This document shows, piece by piece, positions 38,135 to 48,743 of a stretch of 64,000 nt of DNA. The notes under the pieces were generated by a model. The model saw nothing but the letters and a program-made list of their open reading frames with translations. It did not search any database and was not told where the DNA came from. The DNA comes from Limnothrix sp. BL-A-16. GTDB taxonomy: Bacteria; Cyanobacteriota; Cyanobacteriia; CACIAM-69d. The translations under genes and the position numbers were made by a program. Numbering within the stretch: position 1 is the first letter of the stretch; the number at the start of each line of letters is the position of its first letter. The stretch covers positions 3,296,001 through 3,360,000 of the forward strand of contig CP166615.1 in assembly GCA_041937175.2 (NCBI GenBank). Direction: 5' to 3'.

Positions 38135-40636
38135 CTAGGAGCGGGCCAACAGATTCAACGGGCGATCGCTCTCTTGCAAGTTAGATTCCAAATCCGCAAT
38201 CAGGCGAGGATCGTGCTGCTCCAGCAGTTGGGTGGCGGCGCTGGCCTGGAGCGGCTGGGCCAGCCAATAGCCCTGAATGTAGGTGCAACCCAGATTCGCC
38301 AGCCAGACCAGTTGTTCGGCGGTTTCCACCCCCTCCGCGATCGTGTCCATGCCCAACTGTTCCGCCAGGGTGATGATGGCGCGGACGATCGCTTGGGTGT
38401 TGTCGCGCCCACCCAGTTGGGAAATGAAGGATTGATCGATTTTGAGCACGTCCAACGGGAACCGATGCAGATAGCTGAGGGAGGAGTAGCCCGTGCCGAA
38501 GTCATCGAGACAAAGGACGATCTGGCGCGATCGCAGCTCATACATGGTGGCCGCTGCCAGATCGGAATTGTCGGCGATGGTGGTTTCCGTTAGCTCCAAC
38601 TTCAAGGTTCCGGGATTGATGCCGGTGCGGGTCAAGACCTGATCAATTTGCTCCATCAGATCAAGGCGGGAAAATTGCTTGGCAGAAAGATTGACGGCCA
38701 TTTGCAAATGGCCCAATTCTGGGAAAAGCTGTTGCCACTCCCGAAGCTGATAGCAGGCGCGATAGAGCGTCCACAGGCCAAGGGTGATGATCAGGCCCGT
38801 TTCTTCGGCGATCGCAATGAACCGATCGGGAGCAATGGGCCCCAACTCCGGGTGATGCCAACGCAACAGGGCTTCAAAACACTGAATTTCGCCCGTGCGG
38901 GCCTCGGCGATCGGTTGATAGCGCAAGCTAAAGGGCATGGGCACTTCGGGGTGACCAGCCCGATCGATGCCCATGTCTTCAATTTGGGCGATCGCCCGGC
39001 GCAGGTCATGCTCTAGGCGCAGGGTGGTGAGCACCTGTTGGTGAACGGCCCGATCGAACACCTCATGGCGCGATCGCATGGCCTTGGCCCGGCGCATGAA
39101 AATATCCGCATCCCGCAACAGCAGCTCTGCGCAGTCATATTCTCGAGATCCCAGAGCAATGCCAATGCTGACGCTGGTGAAAATCTCCTGGCTGCCCAAG
39201 GTCACCGGTCGCGCCAAGGAACGATGGATCGATTCGGCCACCTGTTCCGCTTGGGCCCGGGTGGTCACATCTTGCAGCAAAATCGCAAATTCATCGCCAT
39301 CCAACCGGGCGATCGAATCGGTGGGCCGCAAACAGCGCCGCAATCGGTGGGCGATCGCCACCAAGAGTTCATCCCCCGCTTGATGGCCCAGGCTGTCGTT
39401 AATTACCTTGAAGCGATCGATATCCACAAACAGGATCGCAAAGCCCCCCTGTTCGGTCACTTGCATCACGCGAATGGTTTTGGCCAACTCTTCCATCAAA
39501 AAGGTGCGGTTGGGCAACCCGGTGAGTCGATCGTGCAGGGCGTTGTAGCGCAATTGCGATTCGGCCCGCTCCCGCTCCTGAATTTCCTGTTGCAGTTGTT
39601 GCACCGCCGCCCGCAACTTCAGGGTGCGCTGTTCCACCAGGCTTTCAATTTGCATGTTGAAGCTGGCCAGCTTCACATCGCTTTGGTGGCGCAAGATGGT
39701 GCAGCCAATGCCCGCAGCCGCCAACCGCAGCAAGTTGCATTCCGCATCCGTCCAGAGCCGATCGGTTCGGCAGCGATCGAACCCCAAGAACCCCCAAAAT
39801 TCCCCTTGCAAAATCATGGGCAGCATCAAAACCCCATGAACCGTCTGCCCATGCCAAAAGCTGCGATAGGCATAGTTGGCGGGCAAATCTTGCAGCCGGA
39901 AATTCAACACCCGATCGGTGCTGAGGTATTCGTGCCAACTGGGGTCTAAATCTTTGTAGGCAATGTTTTGCAGCTCCAAATGCTCCATCTGCAACGTCAG
40001 CCCAGCGCGCGTCCATTCCCAACGCTGGCTAGTGAGCAGCTCGCCCGTCACGGGGTGGGGATGGTTCCGAAACACATAGGCCCGATCGGCCTGGGTCATG
40101 CTGCCCAACACTTGCAGGGTTTGGGTAATGGCTCGATCGCCATCGGGCAACAACATCAAACAGCGCATGGCTTCCCCCACCGCCAGCGCCGTCGCATCCC
40201 GCTGCTCCAAGTCCTGTTCCGCCAGGCGCAAGGCCTTGGCCAAGGTGGGTTCCAACCGTTCGTCTAGCCCCTCAATCAGCAGCAGGGGTTCCCCGTGATC
40301 CGGCAACGTCAACCGCGAACAAAGACAGGGCAGCGACACCAGCTCCCCTTGGCGATAAAACGTCCAATGTTCGGTCCAGGTCTGCCGCTTGCTGAGGGCT
40401 TGCTGAATTCGCTCTAGGCGCATCCGCACTTGCTCATGGCGGCCATGCTGGGCATGTTTCACCCAGGCCCGCAGGCTCGATCGGCTCCAAAGTTCGCTCC
40501 CCGATCGATTGGCCCAGTGGAGCCGCATAGCGGACAGATCAATCACCCAAATGGGCGAAGTCAGTTGATCCAGTAGTTGCAGGGGTGGCGGAGTCAAGAT
40601 TGAACTAGTGCGAAGGGGATTAAACGCTTCCGTCAT
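38135..40636 (-). CDS. GAF-GGDEF-EAL diguanylate cyclase/phosphodiesterase
   Basis: GAF, HDRLTGLPNR, DIDRFK, RLDGDEF (variant), EALLRW, DDFGTGYSS, AEGVE. Confidence 0.94.
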   Translation of the reverse strand: MTEAFNPLRTSSILTPPPLQLLDQLTSPIWVIDLSAMRLHWANRSGSELWSRSSLRAWVKHAQHGRHEQVRMRLERIQQALSKRQTWTEHWTFYRQGELVSLPCLCSRLTLPDHGEPLLLIEGLDERLEPTLAKALRLAEQDLEQRDATALAVGEAMRCLMLLPDGDRAITQTLQVLGSMTQADRAYVFRNHPHPVTGELLTSQRWEWTRAGLTLQMEHLELQNIAYKDLDPSWHEYLSTDRVLNFRLQDLPANYAYRSFWHGQTVHGVLMLPMILQGEFWGFLGFDRCRTDRLWTDAECNLLRLAAAGIGCTILRHQSDVKLASFNMQIESLVEQRTLKLRAAVQQLQQEIQERERAESQLRYNALHDRLTGLPNRTFLMEELAKTIRVMQVTEQGGFAILFVDIDRFKVINDSLGHQAGDELLVAIAHRLRRCLRPTDSIARLDGDEFAILLQDVTTRAQAEQVAESIHRSLARPVTLGSQEIFTSVSIGIALGSREYDCAELLLRDADIFMRRAKAMRSRHEVFDRAVHQQVLTTLRLEHDLRRAIAQIEDMGIDRAGHPEVPMPFSLRYQPIAEARTGEIQCFEALLRWHHPELGPIAPDRFIAIAEETGLIITLGLWTLYRACYQLREWQQLFPELGHLQMAVNLSAKQFSRLDLMEQIDQVLTRTGINPGTLKLELTETTIADNSDLAAATMYELRSRQIVLCLDDFGTGYSSLSYLHRFPLDVLKIDQSFISQLGGRDNTQAIVRAIITLAEQLGMDTIAEGVETAEQLVWLANLGCTYIQGYWLAQPLQASAATQLLEQHDPRLIADLESNLQESDRPLNLLARS

Positions 40637-41617
40637 GGATCCGCAAAGATAGTGAGCTAGGAGACGTAGACCAACCTAGAGACCCTGATCACCTTCAAGA
40701 CCGGTAGCGGGGCGATTGAGTCTAATCCCTATCCCCACACCAAACAGCAGGCTATCCGCCCTTTGTGGGTGGGCCGCAGATCCAGATTCCACAGCCAATT
40801 TTGGGTCAGGGGGTTTAGACCTGTCCAAATCCTAGCCAACCGATTCGACAAAGTACGGAAAAGTACGGAGATAACCCAAAAAATCTTGGGAAAACTGCCG
40901 AAATCAACAGCGATCAACCGCAAGGGCGCGTCCGAAACTTCACGGAGCGAGGCATTCCGATGGGATCCAAAGGAAATAGATACACCTTCAGCAAGAGTAG
41001 ATGGGCAACCGTAGAACAGGTTCGCGTTGCTGGCGACGGCTTCAGCCTTGGCGCAATGCTGTTTTATCTTTAGCCGATCGATCTGCCATTTGTCGATTGC
41101 TTTTGAGGATGAACGGGGGTTCCCCTCTATCCTGTCAAGGGAGTTTATACCGCTGTGTGATCGGCTGCCAAATTTCTTGTGATCTTTTTGAGCATGGGGG
41201 TTGATCTGAGGTAGGCCAATGCCTGAGCAGAAGCCAAAACTGTCTCCTTGGTCGGTTATGGCGATCGATTCCCTCGCCTACCCCGATCGATGCTAATTCG
41301 GTATTGATTGGGTGCGCTGGATTTGGCGAAAATTTTCAGGATTGCGGCAACAGAATTCGTCAGAATTGAGGGGAACGATTCTGAGATCGCGTTGAAATCT
41401 TGGAGAAACCGGATCGCGATCGCGCCAGGTTCAGTCCAAAAAATCAGCCACCCACCGTTAGCCCCCCAAAAGCGAGCCGCCAGTCAAGCCCAACGCTTAA
41501 CTCAAAACTCAGCCCAATCTTCAATCTCCAATTGGCCTCCCAATAAAGCCCCGAATTGAACTCAGCAATCAACTGGGTCATTAACCCAGCAATCGCACTG
41601 ATCAACCAACCTCACGA

Positions 41618-44416
41618 CTAACTCCCATTGCCAAAAATGTCTAATTGGGCAATGGGCGGCTCTGAGGGGCTGTTTAGCTCATTAGATGTTTTTGAGTGAG
41701 TCCGAGGGCCAGTTTGGGCGGTTTTGCGCAGACCTACGGCGATTTTCGAGTGTTTTTCAATTTGGGCCATGATTTCGCGGGCCCGGGCGATCGTGCTGGG
41801 GGGCAACCCGGCCAGGCGGGCCGCTTCGATGCCGTAGGAGCGATCGGCTCCGCCCGGTTGCACCTGATGCAAAAACACAATGCGATCGGGCAATTCCTTG
41901 ACGGCCACTTGGTAGTTAGCCACGTTGTCGAGGAGGGTGGCCAGTTCGTTTAGCTCGTGGTAGTGGGTGGCAAAGATCGATCGAGCGCGCAGTTCGCTGG
42001 CCAAATATTCCGCCACGGACCAGGCGATCGCCAGGCCATCAAAGGTGGCCGTTCCGCGGCCAATTTCATCGAGCAAGACCAGGGATCGATCGGTGGCGTG
42101 GTTGAGAATATTGGCCGTTTCGTTCATTTCCACCATGAAGGTCGATTGCCCGGTGGCCAAGTCATCCACCGCCCCCACCCGGGTAAAGATCCGATCGCAA
42201 ATTCCCAAATGGGCCGCCTGGGCTGGCACGTAGGATCCCACCTGGGCCATGAGCTGAATCAGGCCCACTTGCCGCAAATAGCAACTTTTGCCGCTGGCGT
42301 TGGGCCCCGTCAGCACCACTAAATCGGGCAAAGGAGGCGGCACTGAATCGGGCGATCGATGAGCGGGATTCGGTGGTTGATCCGGCGGTTCAGGCAATGT
42401 ATTAATTGATACCTCCAAGTTGGCGATTGCTGGCGCATCTTGCTCGCTCCTCGCCCGATCGCCCGATGGCTCATACCCCAATTGGGTCGAGTTGGGCACA
42501 AAGAACCCTTCCGGTAAGGATTGTTCAACCACCGGGTGGCGACCCTGCTGAATCTCGATCGTGCGGCCTTGATCAATCACGGGTCGGCAATAGCCCCGGG
42601 CGATCGCCAGTTCGGCAAAATTGGTCAACACATCGATCGCCGCCACCGCCAGGGCCACCTTGCGAATTTGATCCGCCAGTTCCCCCGTGGCCGATCGCAA
42701 CTCACAGAAAATCTCGTATTCCAATCGGTTCAAATCTTCACGGGCCGACAAAATTCGCGCTTCCCGTTCCTTCAGCTCTGGGGTGATGTAGCGCTCTTCG
42801 TTCACGAGGGTTTGCTTGCGGATATAGTCCTCGGGCACGAGATCCACCTTGGCCCGGGACACACCAATGAAGTAGCCAAAGGTTTTGTTGTAGCCCACCT
42901 TCAGGGTGTGGATGCCGGTGCGTTGCCGCTCGATCGCCTCCAGGTTGGCCAGCCAGTCCCGATCGCCCGCCGACTGTTGGCGCATGGTGTCCAAGGCATG
43001 GTTCACGCCATCCCGAACGAGGCCGCCTTCGGTGACGGACAGGGGCGGTTCATCAATCAAATGGCTGCGGAGGCGATCGCCCAGTTGCTCCAGGGCCGAC
43101 GGCACCTGTTGCAACACGCGGAAATAGGGCGATCGGCCCCCGCCCACCACCTGGGCCAGCTCCGGCAACCGGCCCAGGGAATCCGCCAAGGCCACCAAGT
43201 CCCGGGCGTTGGCCGTGCCCGCGCCGGCCCGCCCCGCCAACCGCTCCAGGTCATACATTTCCCGCAGCAGCCGTTGCAGATCCTGGCGCAAGTCGGGCTG
43301 GTCAATCAGTTCCCCGATCGCCCCTTGGCGGGCCCGAATCCCATCCAAATCCAGCAAGGGTTGCAGCAACCAACGACGCAAAGCCCGACCGCCCATGGCC
43401 GTTACGGTGCGATCGAGCGCCCACAGTAGGGATCCAGTCAGGGTGCCATCGCGCACGGTTTGGACAATTTCCAAATTCCGGCGGGTTTGGTAATCCAGAA
43501 TTAAATAGTCTGTAATTTCGTAAGTTTTGAGCAGTTGCAGCGGAATTTCCCGGGTTTGGTCTTCGGAGCTGGGATGGGTTTCCGTGAGGTAGGTCAACAG
43601 CCCGCCCGCCGCCCGAGCCGCCAAGGGCCGCCGATCGCAGCCCACCCCTTCCAGCGATCGCAGCCGGAAGCGATCGAGTAACCGTTGCCTTGCTTCCGCC
43701 AGCCCAAACCGCGATTGGGGCCGCAGGGCATAGCAAAACTGGCCAGGCAACCAATCGGGAAAATCCCGCCCCTTCAGGTGCGATCGACTCTCGCCCGGCC
43801 GCAACAGCCCCACCAGATCCGGCGCATTCACCGGCACCAACACTTCCGACGGACTCAGGCGCAACAGCTCTTGCACCAAGGGATCCGGCTCTTCCCCTTG
43901 GGTGGCCCAAAATTCCCCAGTGGAAATGTCCGCGTAGGCCAAGCCCCAATGGCGACGCTCCAGCACGATCGCCGCCAAAAAGTTATTTTTGCGGGCCGCC
44001 AACATGCCCTCTTCGAGCACCGTCCCCGGCGTGAGAATTCGGGTCACCTCCCGCCGCACCAACCCCTGAGCTTCGGCCGCATCCTGGGTTTGGTCGCACA
44101 GGGCCACCGCATAGCCCTTTTCCACCAGTTGGGCCGCATAGCGCTCGATCGCATGGTGCGGCACACCGGCCATGGGCACTCGTCCAATATCTTTGCCGCC
44201 CTCCTTGGAGGTGAGCACCAACTCCAGCACCTCCGCGATCGTGCAGGCATCCTGGAAAAAGGTCTCGAAAAAGTCGCCCACCCGATAGAGCAACAGGGCT
44301 TGGGGATGTTGTTCTTTGACCGAGACATAGTGCTGCATCATCGGCGTGAGCTGATCGCGGTTCAGCGGCCGATAGTCAGCATTGGGAATCTCGCGCGGCG
44401 TGGCAGAGGCACTCAT
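41618..44416 (-). CDS. mutS: DNA mismatch repair protein MutS
   Basis: [55 protein letters not shown]. Confidence 0.98.
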   Translation of the reverse strand: MSASATPREIPNADYRPLNRDQLTPMMQHYVSVKEQHPQALLLYRVGDFFETFFQDACTIAEVLELVLTSKEGGKDIGRVPMAGVPHHAIERYAAQLVEKGYAVALCDQTQDAAEAQGLVRREVTRILTPGTVLEEGMLAARKNNFLAAIVLERRHWGLAYADISTGEFWATQGEEPDPLVQELLRLSPSEVLVPVNAPDLVGLLRPGESRSHLKGRDFPDWLPGQFCYALRPQSRFGLAEARQRLLDRFRLRSLEGVGCDRRPLAARAAGGLLTYLTETHPSSEDQTREIPLQLLKTYEITDYLILDYQTRRNLEIVQTVRDGTLTGSLLWALDRTVTAMGGRALRRWLLQPLLDLDGIRARQGAIGELIDQPDLRQDLQRLLREMYDLERLAGRAGAGTANARDLVALADSLGRLPELAQVVGGGRSPYFRVLQQVPSALEQLGDRLRSHLIDEPPLSVTEGGLVRDGVNHALDTMRQQSAGDRDWLANLEAIERQRTGIHTLKVGYNKTFGYFIGVSRAKVDLVPEDYIRKQTLVNEERYITPELKEREARILSAREDLNRLEYEIFCELRSATGELADQIRKVALAVAAIDVLTNFAELAIARGYCRPVIDQGRTIEIQQGRHPVVEQSLPEGFFVPNSTQLGYEPSGDRARSEQDAPAIANLEVSINTLPEPPDQPPNPAHRSPDSVPPPLPDLVVLTGPNASGKSCYLRQVGLIQLMAQVGSYVPAQAAHLGICDRIFTRVGAVDDLATGQSTFMVEMNETANILNHATDRSLVLLDEIGRGTATFDGLAIAWSVAEYLASELRARSIFATHYHELNELATLLDNVANYQVAVKELPDRIVFLHQVQPGGADRSYGIEAARLAGLPPSTIARAREIMAQIEKHSKIAVGLRKTAQTGPRTHSKTSNELNSPSEPPIAQLDIFGNGS

Positions 44417-44688
44417 ATGGCCAAAGGAGTCTTTCGGAATCTTTCATAGTATCGGGCAACGGTTGGTCGTGGGGGCTTCAGCCCGCCCAGCGCACCGGTT
44501 GAAACCGGCCCTGCGAACCGATCGATCGCCTGAGCTAGCATGGCCAGGACAAGCTTGGCTCCGTTGAACCAGCTCTTGAACCAGCCCTTGGACTCAGCCT
44601 CCGGCATCAAGCAACGGTTCAAGATGACTGTTCAAGACCACGATTCAACGGCCAGCTCTCAACTATCAGCAAGCAGGAGGAAACCACC

Positions 44689-46206
44689 ATGGGCCGGGCG
44701 ATCGAGCGAAGTTGTGTGGCAACAGCGATCGGGGTTGTGGTCTTGGGGGGTGCGCCCGCTTGGGCCCTGTCGGCCAGCCAGCGATCGGGCGATGCGGGCC
44801 CCAGCGTGGTGCGCTTGCAACGACAACTGAAAACCCTGGGTAATTATGGCGGCCCCCTCAATGGCCAGTTTGATAACGCCACGGCCGCCGCCTTGGAAGC
44901 CTTCCAGCGATCGCGGGGTCTCTATACCAAGGGGGCAGTGGACATTGTGACGAAGCGATCGCTCCTGGAAGCCACGGGGGCTGATTTAACCTTGGTGGCG
45001 AATTTGCAACCGGGCGATCGGGGCCCCAGCACCACAGAACTGCAACGGCTCCTGAATCGGTTGGGCTTTTTGGCCGCCGAACCCACTGGGTATTTTGACA
45101 GCCCCACTCGCCAAGCCCTGGAACGGTTTCAGCAATCCCTGAACCTGTCAACCACGGGTCATGTGGACTTGGCCACCATGCAGGCCCTGCGCGATCGGGC
45201 AGGCACCGACAGTGGCCAAGGAACCCCGGCCCGGCCCAACCGCCCGACCACCAGCCAACCGGCCACGGCCAGCAATGGCCTGGGGCCCGGCCAGCGGAGC
45301 GCCGCCGTTCGGCAACTGCAAACTCGCTTGCGCCAGTTGGGCTTTTTCAAAACCACGCCCACGGGGTTCTATGGGCCAATCACTAGCCGGGCGGTGCGAG
45401 CATTCCAACAGGCGGCGGGGTTGACCGCCACGGGCCGGGCAACGCCGGAAACCCTACGGGCGATCGAAACCCGGCTGGCGGCCCAACCGGCAAATCCCCG
45501 ATCGACCAATGCCCGATCGACCAATGGGCAACCCGCCGATCGCCAAGCAGTCAGCCCGCGATCGACCCAGCCCACCCCAGCCCAACCGGCCACCCCGGTC
45601 AACCCGCCCGATCGGCCGCCCATGCGGCCCCTCAATCCCGATTACCAAGCCTTGAAGCCCGGTGACAGCGGCGATCGGGTCAAGGCCCTTCAAGATCAGT
45701 TGCGAGCCTTGGGATTCCTCAAAGCCCGCAGCACCGGATTCTACGGCGACATCACCCAAGCGGCCGTCACCGCCTTCCAGCGATCGCGCCAATTACCTGC
45801 CACGGGCCAAGCCAGCCCCGCCACCCTGCGGGCCCTGTTTGGGGTCTCCAACGGCAGCCAACCCAGCCCTAGCCCCAACTCGGCAACACCAGCCCGCGCC
45901 GTCCCTGCCTTCCAGTCCCCTCGGCCCACCGCTGCCCCGCGAGCCGTTCCCAACAGCAGCCCCCGGGCCCAGCGATCGCCCAGTGCCCGCAACGATGATC
46001 GGTGGCTGATGCCGGGCGATCGAGGGGTGCGGGTCACGGCCCTGCAACAGCGCCTGGCCGCCCTCGGTCTCCTGGGGTTCGATCGGGTGAATGGGGTCTA
46101 TGACAACCTCACCGCCCAGGCCGTCATCAACTTCCAACGATCGCGGCGACTCAGCCCCACCGGCATTGCCGACCTAACCACCCAACGGGCCATGGGCCTG
46201 CTTTGA
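44689..46206 (+). CDS. Secreted protein with multiple peptidoglycan-binding (PG_binding_1) domains
   Basis: AGGAGG RBS, signal peptide, five G..V..LQ..L..LG..G.F/Y..T..A...FQ repeats and Pro-rich linkers. Confidence 0.9.
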   Translation: MGRAIERSCVATAIGVVVLGGAPAWALSASQRSGDAGPSVVRLQRQLKTLGNYGGPLNGQFDNATAAALEAFQRSRGLYTKGAVDIVTKRSLLEATGADLTLVANLQPGDRGPSTTELQRLLNRLGFLAAEPTGYFDSPTRQALERFQQSLNLSTTGHVDLATMQALRDRAGTDSGQGTPARPNRPTTSQPATASNGLGPGQRSAAVRQLQTRLRQLGFFKTTPTGFYGPITSRAVRAFQQAAGLTATGRATPETLRAIETRLAAQPANPRSTNARSTNGQPADRQAVSPRSTQPTPAQPATPVNPPDRPPMRPLNPDYQALKPGDSGDRVKALQDQLRALGFLKARSTGFYGDITQAAVTAFQRSRQLPATGQASPATLRALFGVSNGSQPSPSPNSATPARAVPAFQSPRPTAAPRAVPNSSPRAQRSPSARNDDRWLMPGDRGVRVTALQQRLAALGLLGFDRVNGVYDNLTAQAVINFQRSRRLSPTGIADLTTQRAMGLL

Positions 46207-46270
46207 ATCAGCCTGCTTTGAAGTTGCCGCCTCACGCGATCGCCCCATCCTCCCCCTGGCTCCGTGCCCC

Positions 46271-46906
46271 ATGGAACTCCCTGAACCCCCGTCTCGGCCT
46301 CGCGCCCTCCCCCTCTGGCTGGAATGGACGATCGTTAGCAGCCTCGTGGCCGGAACCGTTGGCTTTGAACAACATCACCTGGCCTCCTGGCCCCAGTTTC
46401 CTTGGCTGCCCTGGTTGGGGCCCTTGCTGGGTGCGCCCTTTGTGGGGCTGGCCCAAGGTTTTGTGCTGCGATCGCACCTGCGCCGGGGCAAGGCTTGGGC
46501 CAAGGCCAGCGCGATCGGCCTCTGGGTGGGTCTGTCGGTGGGTGGCCTGATGATCTGGTTGGCGCAGCGGTCGCCATCGGGCAATTTCTCAATTCTGCTA
46601 GCGGCCTTCCCGATCGCCGCCGCCATCCAAGGAGCTTTCCAAGCGCCCGTCCTGCGATCGCGCGTCCAGCATCCCAACCGCTGGATTTTGATCTGTGCCC
46701 TGGCCTGGTTTGTGAACCTTTTCCCCATGTTGGTTTTTGGGGCCATGAGCCTGGACTGGCTGGAGGGCGCAATTGTCCCTGCGAGCTACACCCTGCTGAA
46801 TGGTCTCCTGAGCGGGGCGATCGTTGGGTTAATTCGGGGCGTTGGCCTCAGCCTGCTGCTCTATCCCCCATCCCCCCGGCAGCCGGCCCAATCGTCCGGA
46901 TCTTGA
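46271..46906 (+). CDS. Hypothetical integral membrane protein
   Basis: About six hydrophobic helices with two repeated Q..VLR..W motifs. Confidence 0.7.
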   Translation: MELPEPPSRPRALPLWLEWTIVSSLVAGTVGFEQHHLASWPQFPWLPWLGPLLGAPFVGLAQGFVLRSHLRRGKAWAKASAIGLWVGLSVGGLMIWLAQRSPSGNFSILLAAFPIAAAIQGAFQAPVLRSRVQHPNRWILICALAWFVNLFPMLVFGAMSLDWLEGAIVPASYTLLNGLLSGAIVGLIRGVGLSLLLYPPSPRQPAQSSGS

Positions 46907-47032
46907 CGGAGCGATCGCCCGAAGAAGGCAGCCCATAGCAACGCCCCCCAGAACAGCCCCAGACCCCAGAACAGCCCCAGAATCGTTTTGAACACTTTCT
47001 AGACAATTCCTAGAAAATTTTTTCTGAAACCC

Positions 47033-47061
47033 TTGACAAATCAAAAAACTCTTGGCATTCT
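47033..47061 (+). promoter_or_regulatory. Putative sigma70 promoter of tRNA-Gly
   Basis: TTGACA (47033-38), 17-bp spacer, TG-extended CATTCT (47056-61), about 20 bp upstream of the tRNA. Confidence 0.6.
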
Positions 47062-47080
47062 ACTAAAGCGTCAAACGCAA

Positions 47081-47152
47081 GCGGGTGTAGCTCAGTGGTA
47101 GAGCGTCACCTTGCCAAGGTGAATGTCGCGCGTTCGAATCGCGTCACCCGCT
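47081..47152 (+). tRNA. tRNA-Gly(GCC)
   Basis: GCGGGTG/CACCCGC acceptor stem, anticodon loop TTGCCAA, T-loop TTCGAAT. Confidence 0.96.
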
Positions 47153-47178
47153 TTTTTTAAGACCGAAAAAGCTTCGAG

Positions 47179-47214
47179 AGCGGCTGGTTAGTAACATCTA
47201 ATCAGCCGCTTTTG
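47179..47214 (+). terminator. Rho-independent terminator after tRNA-Gly
   Basis: agcggctggttag-taacat-ctaatcagccgct followed by tttg. Confidence 0.7.
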
Positions 47215-47232
47215 TTGATCGGGAGCCTTGCG

Positions 47233-47484
47233 ATGTTATTGCCCCAAGCGATTCGCGATTACGTCAAAGCCCAGTTCCCGATCGAGCAGCAAGAAACCGT
47301 GCTGGGGATTTTGGTGAACTATCCCCAAGACCCGGCCGCCACTGCCCACACGGAGCAAGTGTTGATGGCGGCGTTGACCCTGGCGGGTAGCAACTTGGGA
47401 CAGTTGAAGGCCTATGTGGAAGTGGCGATCGAGGATGAGGCGGAACTGTTGGGTTGGGCCGCAGCAGCAGGAATGCACCCCTAA
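47233..47484 (+). CDS. Small hypothetical protein (83 aa)
   Basis: GGGAG RBS upstream; helical sequence EQVLMAALTLAGSNLGQLKAYVEVA; stop overlaps the ribD stop. Confidence 0.55.
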   Translation: MLLPQAIRDYVKAQFPIEQQETVLGILVNYPQDPAATAHTEQVLMAALTLAGSNLGQLKAYVEVAIEDEAELLGWAAAAGMHP

Positions 47485-48629
47485 TCGGTTCTCTTGACAG
47501 GGCGTAAGTAGCCCTCGATCGCGAAGTCTTGGCCCACCGATCGCCAGGTGATCCGCTCCAGGGCGATCGCGTCGCCCATTTGCGTTAGCCCCAAATCGCC
47601 CACCGGGGACGGAGCCGCCACCCCGCCAACAATTTTGGGCGCGATAAATGCCAGGATTTTTTGCACCGATCCATCGGCGATCGCCTGGGCCGACAGGGCC
47701 CCGCCACATTCCCACAACACCGATAGAAATTGCCGCTGATTCAGCACCTCGATCGCCCGGGCCGGCGACAGATCCGGCACTTCTTGCACCTCAACACCCC
47801 GATCGCGCAACCAAGCCTGCATTTCCGGATTTGCGCCCGGCAAAGTCAGCACCAAAGTTGGCGCTTCCGACGGCTCCCACAGGTGCAAAATTCGACCATC
47901 GGCCGTAGTTTGGGGCAACTCCAGCCGCCGGGTCATCACCACCCGCAGCGGATCGTGACTGTCCAGGCCGTGGCTGGTGAGTTTGGGGTTATCGCGCCGC
48001 ACCGTGTTGCCCCCCACAATCACCGCATCGCAACCGGCCCGCAAACGATGCACCTCCGCCCGGGCCTGCTCATCGGTCACCCAAGCGCTGTGGCCGTGGG
48101 TGGTGGCGATTTTGCCATCGAGGGTCATGGCATATTTCAAAATGCCCAGGGGCCGACCCTGCTGAATGCGATAAAAAAACGGCTCATTCAGGCGATCGCA
48201 CGCGGCCCGTTCCACCCCCACCAGGGTTTCAATGCCCGCCGCATTCAACGTGGCGATGCCCTGGCCCGCCACCTGGGGGTTCGGATCCACCGTCCCAATC
48301 ACCACCTTAGCCACGCCCGCTTCCACCAGCGCCTTGGAACAGGGCGGCGTGCGGCCGTAGTGATTGCAGGGTTCAAGGCTGACATACACCGTGGCTCCCC
48401 GCGCCCGATCGCCCGCGGCCCGCAAGGCAAACACCTCCGCATGGGGCTGGCCCGCGCCGGGATGGAACCCTTCGCCCACCACTTCCGTACCCTGCACAAT
48501 CACGCTACCCACCATTGGGTTGGGGGCCGTGCGCCCCAGGGCCTGACGGGCCAACTCCAAACAACGGCGCATCATTGCCCGATCGAACTCGGTGGCAGCG
48601 GGGGCATCGACGGCGACAAACTCAAACAT
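47481..48629 (-). CDS. ribD: Riboflavin biosynthesis deaminase/reductase RibD
   Basis: PNPMVG, HAEVFAL, LEPCNHYGRTPPC, KYAMTLDGKIA, DAVIVGGNTVRRDNP. Confidence 0.96.
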   Translation of the reverse strand: MFEFVAVDAPAATEFDRAMMRRCLELARQALGRTAPNPMVGSVIVQGTEVVGEGFHPGAGQPHAEVFALRAAGDRARGATVYVSLEPCNHYGRTPPCSKALVEAGVAKVVIGTVDPNPQVAGQGIATLNAAGIETLVGVERAACDRLNEPFFYRIQQGRPLGILKYAMTLDGKIATTHGHSAWVTDEQARAEVHRLRAGCDAVIVGGNTVRRDNPKLTSHGLDSHDPLRVVMTRRLELPQTTADGRILHLWEPSEAPTLVLTLPGANPEMQAWLRDRGVEVQEVPDLSPARAIEVLNQRQFLSVLWECGGALSAQAIADGSVQKILAFIAPKIVGGVAAPSPVGDLGLTQMGDAIALERITWRSVGQDFAIEGYLRPVKRTD

Positions 48630-48743
48630 AGGACGAGACAGGAGCAAGGGCGATCGCGATCGAATCCGCGATTCTTTCAACCAAATGGTAAAGGCAGAGG
48701 CCCATCCACCCTCCAAAATTGCCCAATTCTGTTCTGAAGTGCC

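Noticed and set aside
40637..41617. 1-kb region upstream of the GGDEF/EAL gene with several short ORFs
   Set aside because: No recognisable motifs, RBS or RNA family signature. Treated as intergenic.
42325..42480. Possible inteins in the MutS, BirA or PolA insertions
   Set aside because: No N-terminal Cys/Ser block or C-terminal His-Asn motif; the inserts are short and low complexity.
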